Positions 13,501-23,500 of a stretch of DNA of 64,000 nucleotides are shown one piece after another. The stretch comes from Balanoglossus misakiensis (taxonomy: Eukaryota; Animalia; Hemichordata), in NCBI GenBank assembly GCA_040954595.2, contig CM082591.2, positions 5,363,009-5,427,008 on the forward strand, written 5' to 3'. The notes beneath the pieces are model-generated. The model saw only the letters and a program-made list of their open reading frames with translations. It had not been told where the DNA came from and did not search any database. The position numbers and the translations under genes are program-made. Numbering within the stretch: position 1 is the first letter of the stretch; each line of letters starts with the position of its first letter.

Positions 13501-14180
13501 AAATAGGAAGATTATTCCACAAAGACGGTGGCACAACGACTACTGGACAGTCTAATGACACCATGTATGCCAATGCACTGGAACAGAGTCTGAGAAATCG
13601 TCAAAACATTGCTGTCAATCTAAATACAAGCCCTGCCCAGGACAGCAATGACTATTCCGTAATATACAGTGACACAGTGCCTGCCAAACGCACTGAGGGT
13701 GTTTTACATGGCGACCCAACACTACTGGGTGGCCATGATGATGTTGACTATGCGTGCCCGTATGAAAGCGCTGAAAACATTTCGAACCCCTGTCTTTACC
13801 GATGTGACGGTAATACAATGTCTTTTGATGATTCAATCGATGAGACATTCAGTCACAACAAGCAGAAGAGAAAATATGCGGCTACACCGAATTATGACGG
13901 TGCAATGATGACTGAAACTGGGCAGCATTGTCTGACCGGAGACAGCGGAATCGTGGAACACGTGTCGTACGAGTCCGCCGACTTTGATGACGTAGGCAAT
14001 GACGAGTACGCGGAAATTGATGATGATATTTGCATGGTGGACAATATAGCCTACGAGTCGGCGGGAACCAATGCCAGGATTGGCGGCGAAGTTGGTGGTG
14101 TCCTCGGTAGTATCGAACTCGGGTCGTCGGACAGCCTGAACGCCGATGGACCTGATTACGCTGTATTGGAAGGGCCATGA
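7600..14180 (+). CDS. Receptor A: type-I membrane protein, SP-SRCR(divergent)-WSC-CUB-CCP-CCP-TM-Tyr-rich acidic tail, 10 exons
   Basis: Exons: 7600-7669 (signal peptide); 8397-8561 and 9338-9505 (SRCR: VRLVHGKTPYEGQVEM...ILCKELGY...IQCDEDDVSLLSC...ARCN); 10154-10417 (WSC: YLGCY...MCLETC...YAGLRRGGYCFCG...PCAGD...CGG); 10577-10894 (CUB: CGGRLNGSGIIYSQGFPGNYPEDQVCEWRV); 11413-11601 and 12122-12298 (two CCP/sushi); 12763-12801 (stalk); 13113-13191 (TM GIIIAVVAVGLVAIGLAIIAYIC-RR); 13499-14180 (tail). All junctions are GT-AG and the frame stays open. Confidence 0.9.
9032..9282. mobile_element. Inverted-repeat (MITE-like) element in receptor A intron 2
   Basis: Left arm TTTCGTGACCTCTATATGACCTTGCATCCTTGTACTTCTGT is complementary to right arm ACGGAAGTACGAGGATGTAAGGTCACGTAGGGGTCATGAAA. 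This explains the mirror-image spurious ORFs at 9053 and 9057. Confidence 0.6.
9768..10122. mobile_element. About 355-bp foldback MITE flanked by TTAA
   Basis: Nearly the whole element is an inverted repeat: TTAAATGGACAAAGTCTCTCTC...AACTCGCCAAAATGAATAA, a short loop, then TTATTCATTTTGGGCGAGTT...GAGAGAGACTTTGTCCCTTTAA. A second partial copy lies at 53774-53980. Confidence 0.8.
12652..12735. repeat. (TTCA)n/(GTCA)n microsatellite
   Basis: Direct reading of TTCATTCATTCA...GTCAGTCAGTCA. Confidence 0.9.
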
Positions 14181-14359
14181 TTACTACAGTAGATACGTGG
14201 CCCCTCCATATTTTTCCCTGATGTGTATTTTTTCCAATTGTCCTAGTCTGCTTATATTTGTGTGACACTTTGTCCTCTATTGTGGAACAACTTTACAACA
14301 ACAGGATTACTATTGACAATTTATACCATTTGCCAATTATGATATACCTGAACGCTTAA

Positions 14360-14895
14360 GGCGGCTGTACAAGGTAGCCAAGGTTCTTACCAAAAATCGA
14401 GGTTCTTAAGTTTACAGCCTTAAAAGTAAAAAATACTCGAGGATCTGGCTCACAAAGTCTTATTTGTAGTCTATGCGATGATAATTGTTCATAATTAATT
14501 AACAATAATCGTTATTTATCGATCCGATATCATCAAGGTTCTTAAATAGGAATTTATACACGTGGCCGTGGTTCTTACCGAAAATCGAGGTTCGTAAATA
14601 GGAATTTATACATGTGGCCGTGGTTCTTAACGAAAATCGTGGTTCTAATTACGTTTTACAGCATCACGTATCAAAATTAGTCGAGGTTCTAGCTTACATA
14701 ATCTTATTTGTAGTCTATGCGATGACGATTGTTCATTATTAATTAACAATCACCGTAATTTATCGATCCGATATCATCAAGGTTCTTAAATAGGAATTTA
14801 TACACGTGGCCGAAATTCTTACCGAAAATCGACGTTCTTATGTACGTTTTACAGCCTAAAAAGTTAATAATAACCGGTCTAGCCCTTTACAGCGC
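14360..14895. repeat. Internally tandem-duplicated element (about 245-bp unit with about 50-bp sub-repeats) between receptors A and B
   Basis: TCTTATTTGTAGTCTATGCGATGA...GATCCGATATCATCAAGGTTCTTAAATAGGAATTTATACACGTGGCCG occurs at about 14458 and about 14702. The ends GGCTGTACAAGGTAGCC and GGTCTAGCCCTTTACAGC are loosely inverted. Confidence 0.75.
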
Positions 14896-15283
14896 ACATT
14901 TATATAGTTCGTCGAAGTATGGTCGAATCGCGTCGTAGTCTCCAAGGTAACTTGACCAAGGTTACGTCATTGCTTAGGCTGCGAGTTGAAAGGTCGGAGG
15001 TTAACGTAGGGCGTACAGACAAGGGCCGCCGCGCCCACGACAACAATCAAATGGATGGACTGACTGAACGGGTGCTTTCGTGATCATACACACGTACACA
15101 GAGTTGGTGTACCCATGATATTTTTGTCACGATATTTCGTGTCCACCCATGAGGGACTCAGCTGTGAGCGGTTTTGGTTCAGTTGACACGATCGGCCGTG
15201 ACCCAGATCGGATGAGAGAGCCATATTAACTTGCCCCTCCTTCAGTTGTCAGTATCACAAGTTAAAGCGTCTGGGTCAAAATT

Positions 15284-18200
15284 ATGGGACTATATAAAGA
15301 AAATCTCCTTTGCTCAGTCTTGACACTCTCAACTCTTCTCGTAATTGGCACAAATGCAGGTGAGTGGCTTCACTTTCTTTTACAGTATGCATATAGGAAG
15401 TGCGTCTACTGCCTGGGCGTGTATGTGTACCACAGTGACTGTGGTGTTTTGTATACATGTACATTTCAAGGCCAATCACTGCGCTGGACATTGGGCGTGA
15501 CACGACCATTCTCTGCGAAAGGGGTAAATTGCATTCGTTTCATTGTGGAAACATTTCTGCCTCTCGAATTCAAGCATATCATCATATGAGTATGACGACA
15601 TATTAGTGCCATTCAAAGTATGGACCTAAAAGGCAATGTGTGTCATATGATACTTCCGCGTGTGACGTCACAAACAGTCAGGGCTACCCACGTAATATAG
15701 TATATAGAAATACCGGAAGACGGTTTTATTTTCGCGTTTATGGAAGTTGACGGCTCCTAACATCAGTTCAGATTTTTATAACAAATTAAAATGTCTATAG
15801 ACTTTGGTTTGGTGAATTTTCGAGAGTGAACTTGTACATTGCAAACTTCAAAATCTGGGCGTAAATTACGCCATTGTCAGGCTGCGGTCGGTTGACGTTC
15901 GTTGTGCTGCAATCAGGGGAGGACCATTTAATTTCTTTGGGTAGAAGATTTATGTACGTCAGCAATTTTTCAGCCATTGTTACAACAATTTTTTATTCGA
16001 TTGGCAGTCCGCCTTTTTCTTCAAGGCACTGCAGAAGAATTTTTCCTCAACATCATCTGTCAACAATTTCCTAATCCATCCACCCCCTGAAATCAAATGG
16101 TTCTCCCCTTAGTAACGGAAACGCACTTTTTGCACTCGCGGAGCATACGGTAAAGCGTCAGGTAATATAGTCCGCAAATCCAATGGTGTTTTGCCGATGT
16201 CTAAAACTTTTTAACAACATGTTGTCAACAGATGCTTGTACTGTTTTGGACTTTGTTGTATTGTGCAAAATCAGAAGAAAAAAATTTATATAAATCCAAA
16301 CACACCATGCTATAATTGTTTCTCTTGGTAGGAAATCTTACAGAATCCGAGTCCGTTCAACTAGTACACGGGGAAACACCACATGAAGGTCGTGTTGAGA
16401 TGTATATAGAAGACGAAGGAGGGTGGTTACCCATTTTGTATTATCGTCCGTCGATAACCGGTGGTGTGCCTAGTTGGAATTTCATGGCTGCGGATATCGC
16501 TTGCAGGGAAATAGGTATGTTGTACTTGCCTTCAGTGTACCTACTAACTTCTCCTGATACAAATACGGCCTACTACTACATATAGGATAAACAGTGAAAA
16601 ATTGACACCTCCCCGAGAGTGTGACCTATCCAAACAAATGAGTTAGCTATTGTAGTTCTTTTTATTGATGATGAACTGCAAACTGTGTTTGTTTTATGGA
16701 AAAGTAAACTTAACATGTAAGCTGACATCCAGGCAAGGTAACGCAGTCTTTTACACCTAATATGCATGTGACCAAATCACTTGGTTCATCTCCGAATGTT
16801 CATAACACTCTCTCTCTCTGTCTCTAAATACATTGCTTATTTATAGAGAAACAAACACAGGTCGTCGACGAATATGCATGCGCAATTGGCACATTTTAAT
16901 CAGTTCAGTTTAGAAAAGGTACTTTACCCTGTGTCTGACGTTCTTGTATGATTGTAAAGAGTTGAATTTTTTTATTTTTTCTTCCTTCTTCAAATCACAG
17001 GATATCCAGGTGCCTTGTCTCACGGGAAAGAGGACGGTGCACTTTCGGGAGACTCGAGACGTCGAGTCACTTCTGTTCGGTGCAGCGAAGAAGATGCCTC
17101 ACTCTTAGACTGCGACTACGAATTGTCGTCTTTAGATTTTGAAGCTGCGGCCACGGTGAAATGCAACTGTGAGTGAACTACTGAAAGTACAACAACCTAC
17201 ACTCAACGTTGGTGGATTGTATATTAAAGGGGAAATCCGGTCCAGCTGATTTCTACATAATTTGGTAGCATTGAGGTCACTCTTTCAGACAAAAACATAT
17301 TCGCCATGTATAAGTCGATTTTTTACAAAATCGAGGGAAAGTTGGCAGAAATTCCAATATGGCGTTTACTGTAATTTGAATCATGGGAAAAAAATTGCAA
17401 GGACTAACTTCTGCCCACCTTGGTGTGGGTGATACCATTTTCCGATGCAGGACATTGACACTACCTCTCTCTCCCTCTCCCTCCGTCTCTCTCTGTTATA
17501 GTCATCGATTGTGGTGATCCTGGTGAAGTCGCAAATGCAGACAGAGTAGGGACTGAATACAGTTACAACAGCAATGTCACGTATGTATGCCACGATGGAT
17601 ACTACATCATCGGCAATGATGTCGTTCACTGTACTATTGAGGGAAATTGGACACAGAAACCATCTTGTCATGGTAAGCTACTTTAGTGTGTCAAAAAGGG
17701 ATAGTGAATAATATGAATGTTTGTTTATTGTGTACTTAATACAATATATTGTCTTGGGTTATGTTGGACTGTTTTGTAAATGATGTACTGCAATATTTAC
17801 AACATAGTGGGTTGATTTCAAAGACATGAAAAACATTGAAAAGCACAGGAAAAATATAGAAATGAGACCGGAAGTGTTGAAATATGTATAATAATCCAAT
17901 GTCTTTTGTTTCTTTGCATCCAAGAATATCCAATGAGTACCATCACACCTAAAACTGGATCCCACGTCAAAATTGGTATTATATTATATTATATTATATT
18001 ATATTATATTATATTATATTATATTATATTATATTATATTATATTATATTATATTATATTATATTATATTATATTATATTATATTATATTATATTATAGC
18101 TTTATACAAAGTTCACAAGTGTACAACAATATTATTTTTTTTCCTAGGTACAATTGTCGGAATTGTAAGTGCTGTTGTCGCTGTAGTTGTTGTCATGGTG

Positions 18201-19063
18201 ATTGTGGTTTTGTGTGTGCTAAAAAGGTTAGTTATGTTATGTTATACAATAATATATTACATGTATATGGTATGTTATGTTATATCTTATGTTATATGAT
18301 ATGTTATATGATATGTTATATATGATATGGTGATGTTATTCGTAATGTTGTGTTTTGTATATGTTATACGATATGATATATTTAAAGTAATGTTTTTTTA
18401 TGATATATGGTATGTAGTTATATCGTATACATGTATTATATGTTACGATGTAATTATGTTATGTGTACTTTATATCATGTTGTGGTATGTTATGTTATGA
18501 TATGGTACATTATGTTACTTGTACTGTTGGTCTTTACATCGTGCCAATATAAAACAATGACAACAACACTTTCCTGTGATTTCAGAAAGCCTGGTTGGAA
18601 GCGAGCAGGACAAGACCATAAGCGAAGTGGAAATTTTTCTGCACTGAGAGAACTTGAGGGAGATGAAACTATGGCGTACGAAGAAATACCTGATGATGTA
18701 GAGAAGAGCAGTGCAGGTGTGGCTCGCCATGGTGACAATGGAAAAAACATTTCTCAGTACGAAAAGATTGACCCGGGAACACGCTTTGAACATCAGTACA
18801 CTGGTCTTCAAGGCGACGGCAAGAATCGACGCGATTTTGCTGCGGCAAATGATGAAGAATATCAGCCGATTGATCCGTCGCTTGTTAGCGACAGCACGTA
18901 TTGCGGTCTTCAACAAGACAAAGATAATTCCGGCGATCAAGGCACGGAGCAGGAAGAGCCTGCAGCAGGGAAAGCGTACGAGTCTTTGAGGCGAAGTTTA
19001 CAGAGTGACCAAACATACACTGGTTTGAACAAGGACATCCCACATGTTGGACAAGACAGCTGA
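15284..19063 (+). CDS. Receptor B: type-I membrane protein, SP-SRCR(divergent)-CCP-TM-tail with three ITAM-like motifs; paralog of receptor A, 7 exons
   Basis: Exons: 15284-15359 (signal peptide); 16344 (or 16332)-16514 and 17001-17168 (SRCR: VQLVHGETPHEGRVEMY...IACREIGY...VRCSEEDASLLDC...VKCN); 17502-17672 (CCP IDCGDPGEVANADRVG..., closely similar to receptor A CCP2); 17925-17975 (stalk); 18148-18226 (TM TIVGIVSAVVAVVVVMVIVVLCVL-KR); 18586-19063 (tail). Splice phases are consistent. Confidence 0.9.
17979..18097. repeat. (ATATT)n microsatellite; degenerate (TATGT)n tract follows at about 18228-18515
   Basis: Direct reading. Both tracts sit in receptor B introns flanking the TM exon and generate spurious YYIIL ORFs. 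Confidence 0.95.
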
Positions 19064-20536
19064 GTATAACCACCACAGTAGGACCAGTTTGTTAAATAAT
19101 CAGGTTTTACTGTACACAGATTGAAATTCAGGACTTTCCATGCTTATGTTTCAAGGCCCATGATGGTCTTACGGGCATGTGCATAATTTTGTGTGTACAA
19201 ACATTACGTCCAATCCAAATGTTCTGCAAATTTCGCGTTTGTCACATTCAAATAGTGGACTGCCTTCGCTTCCTTCCATATTTCATGCAAAACGTATAAG
19301 TAGACTTTTGTTTTGTCCCTTCTTTTTAGCCAATTTGGAGTCTTTTTCTTGATCTTCAGATTCCTGAAGTGTACATAAATATCACAGGAATCTTTGTAAA
19401 TATATGTTTTAGTTATTTATAATGCAAATGTGTTGGTAAAGACTTGATTTGATATAACAATGTACCATTTGGAAATTCATATTTTTAAACAAAATACTTA
19501 TAGAGTGTAAATATTTAGCTAGTTCATATTCCTACACCTTTTAGAATTCTCATACAAATTTTTTTTTTAACAAATAACAATTATGTCCTCTATGTTCATA
19601 GTAATGCTTACTGTTTGGGTTAGATTGAAAATTGAATATCTTCAACTTTTAAAAACTAATCAGAATGACGTCAAAATGAAAAAACAACAGCACTCCAACA
19701 TATAATAATTACAAATGACTTTATTTCCAAAATTATTTCCAACATGACTACCGGTATTTCCTCAACTTGCATGGCTGCTGGTATAATACAAGTATAAATT
19801 CAAAAGTTCAATACATGATAAAAAATGTTATGAGTGGTCAGCTATCTCTAACTCAAAACTGTACATCATCAAATCGTTATAAAGATGTTTTAAGAAAACT
19901 GACGACCATGTCAAAGACAATTTACACATTCTATTCACTTTCACTTCATGTCTTAAAACCATACAACTAATGATACAACATCCAAGAAAATTCAAGTGGA
20001 AAGTTCACGCCTTCCATGTATGAACTTGAGTGGCGATTAGCAACTTTAATAAATTAATATAAACTGGACATTGTCAAAATTCATGTGAGCAGATTGACAT
20101 CAAGGAAAGTTGGCCAAACTTTTTCGAAGACTTCTGTGAAATAATTAGGTGACTTATAATCATGCCATCATGATTGACGAGGAAGTGTAGACCACTTTAC
20201 ACTGTATACTGACAAAAGGTTGTGAGAGAAGAAATGAAAAAAGGTCATCAAACTAATATGAATACTCGGCCATCCCCACTTTTCCGTGTTGTGGGGAGGG
20301 CATCCGTTCTCCTGGTGCAGAGGACCGGGCCAGTTTGTCTCCGTGAAATTACTGAAGATGGTGTCTAGTTAATGTACATTCACAGTAGGCCTCCGGAATG
20401 AAATGTTGCATATCAAACACTGCATCGTACCGAAGAAATCCTGTGTATAGGGTAGGTAGGATGCGTATGTCTACATTTATTTACACACATGGACTTGTTT
20501 GTACAGTGGTCCCTTTGTATTCCGTTCTTGTTTTTA

Positions 20537-23500
20537 TCAATAGAGCGAGTGTTCAGCAGCAAAAGCATGGAGATTCCCCATCTGACTCATACCACTCTGG
20601 ATGTGAGCGACGTGAATCTCTACACTGTCTTGGAAACAACTGAGGAGGGGGAAAAGAGAAAGAAACAAAACCAGATTAACAAATCATTTAATCTGAGATT
20701 TTTTTTGAAGACAAATCATGAGGGGATATACTTAGCTTCCTTATCCTATGGTCACTTTTTGACTGTACACAGTGATTTTAGCAATTTAGAAAGTGAGAGA
20801 TCAGGACTTACACTCTTACTTACCTATGGTTTCTCAGATCAATTTTCTTTTTCACTTCTTCTAATGACTCAGTCAATGTCTTCAGTTCGAATGAATTCAA
20901 GTCACTCTCTGCAAGATTCTATTAGGATGACCAGCAAAGAATAACCATTATAATATCAGTATCATGATTGCCAAAAAACACCATTCGTAAATACACAATG
21001 CAAACTGTTTATAAATTGGACGCATGCGAACACTGTAGAACATACTGGCTGCTGTAAGGTTAAAACATTCTATATCAAAAACAGCATAGCCATGCCGTTG
21101 GACATGAGAAAGATTTCAAATTCTCTTACCTTTATTTGGAGCATCAGTGACGTCAACATTGATATCAATTCGGTCAGCGATTCATTCTTCACCGTCTTGG
21201 GACCCAGCGATAGGTTGGTTTTGTGCACAAGCTCCTTAGCTTCCTCTGCACACTTTCTTTTCATTTCGTTCGGCTGGTCCATTGGCTGGAGGCCTTGTTC
21301 TGGTGCAATCTGTGAAGAAACAGGACCCAGTCAAATATAGGTGGGACAGATTTGTGACTTTCTCTGCTCTTATCATCGAGCCTGACCCAGTTATCTTACG
21401 GACAGTGCTTCACAGAGTCTAAATTTAACACTTTGAACCTGGGTCAGAGTGCAAAGGTTAAATCATAGAATTCATAAACCTTACATGTATTTAACCCTTT
21501 CACCCCTATTTTCCTGTATAGAGTCCTTATTTCACTATAGAAAACAATGGATCTGGACTGGACCATAATGGTGAAGGGGTTGGATAACTTACTTCTTGGC
21601 AGTACTGTTGCACTCCGATGAGGTACGTGTTGAGGTCTTTGTTAAGTCTTTCTAGTTCTATCACTACACTGGCGTATTTTCTCTGGAAATCGGGAGTTAT
21701 TGGCATCTGGTAGGATTTCTGTGGGGAAAAAGGACACAGTTAGAAACATATGTATTACAATCAAGAGAACCTTGAGAAACCATCAACCACTTAAAACGTA
21801 CTGAAAAGTTAAACTAATGGAGCTTTAATCTTACATCAATAGTCACTCACCATTCTTTCAGCTTCCGTGTTTAAATCTTTAAGTTTCCTCAGCTGGTCTT
21901 TCTTGATCATCAGGATTTTTGACAACCTTGTCTGAAAGATCATAAAAAAACAAGTCTGAAACAACAAATAACAGTTTTACAAGACTGAAACTGTATTCAG
22001 TTTCTGGTATCATTTAAACAAACTGCACTTGACCACATTCAGTTTCTGGTCTGAAGTAAAGTTAACTGCATGAAAGTAAAGTCCAGAAACATAAGCCTGG
22101 CATAAACTTACAACAAGAACAAGAAATTTGACTGGGAAACCACCGAGCGTGTCCCCATCAAGACCTTGCAAACGGCTTCTGAGCGGTGACGTTCCAAGAA
22201 CTGGATCATGTTCTAACTGGGGTGACTGTAACGAACCCATTGTTAACCTGTGGAGATACAAGAAACTTGAGATTATCTGATGATTGGGTGAAATGTGAAA
22301 ATGTAAATTACTTTACTATATGTGAACTTTCTTTTACCAAATCACAGTTGCTAATTGCATTCACCAACATTGCTCTTAATTTTTTCACTCTGGAAACTAA
22401 AATATACTTTGTAGTAATTACATCTACATGTGTATCTGCTAAAAAATTAGCAAGATAGGTAGTATGGTTTACCTTGGTGGTGTTAAAAATGCCGACCTGG
22501 GTCGTTGTTTTTGAATAAATGCTGCCAATGGCATGGTTTCCTGTTCTTCATTGGACTGTAATAATGAATTAGGGACAAAATAGCCACTTATTATGTGGAA
22601 GTAAGACATTATTTTTTCTCGTAGTACAACAATGACTGATGTATATCAGATTCTTAACCCCTTGACTACCTAGAGTGCAGGAAATTTACCTCACTGTATT
22701 AAAATGAATGAGCGAAAAAGTGCTGCAAACTCACCAAGACTTCCACGTCCGGAATGGTGTGCGTACCAAGCCCGGGTCTGTCGAATGTCACTCTGTATGT
22801 TGCATTTAAAGTGTCTACAGCATCTATCTGACCTGTAAATAAGCCGTCTTGCGGGACCCTGAGACGTGCTGCAACGAACATTCGACATTCAAATTAACAG
22901 CTGTAGGTATTAATAAGGTAGCCTTTCACGTGTTTCCTTTGATTTTTCATGTTGTTTTGCAATATAACCCAATGCTGCCAACTATCCGGGGTAATGGCCT
23001 ATTACTGTTCATGTACAGTGCAATGAAGGTAACTTACCTGTTACTTTTGTACCGATTACAAGTGGTAACGGAATCTCCTCGGGCAGATCTTTGAAGTCTG
23101 ACAATTCCCGCGCTTTCCTCTGCTGCAAGAGTCGCACCTTCTGTCGCTTGGTGGCCAACGCTGATCTCTCTTCTTCAAAGAACGCTGGTGAACACCTGAA
23201 CAGATTGTGGTTGGGAGATGATAATACAGTATTCATAGGCAGTCAAACCCTTGTTAGTGGCCACCCCTATATAGTGGTCACCTCTATATAGTGGCCACTT
23301 TGTTACAGTCCCTGTGCAATTCACATTGTGTTAATTAACCTCTATATATGGGTCAACTCTCTCTAAACGCCAGTTTAGGAAAATCCCTTGACTGGCCACT
23401 ATACAAAGCCTCTGCTTTCTTGAAATGATTTCTGTATACTTTTGTCTATGCAAATGCATGTAGATTGATGTGTTGTTTAAAAAAATAGCATTTCTTGTCT

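Noticed and set aside
14371-14381. AAGGTAGCCAA resembling the R2 retrotransposon target in 28S rDNA
   Set aside because: Only 11 nt match, with no flanking rRNA or RT sequence; it lies at the end of a local repeat.
17906-18325. ORFs with YYIIL repeats
   Set aside because: Translation of the (ATATT)n intron microsatellite; only the short stalk and TM exons within are coding.
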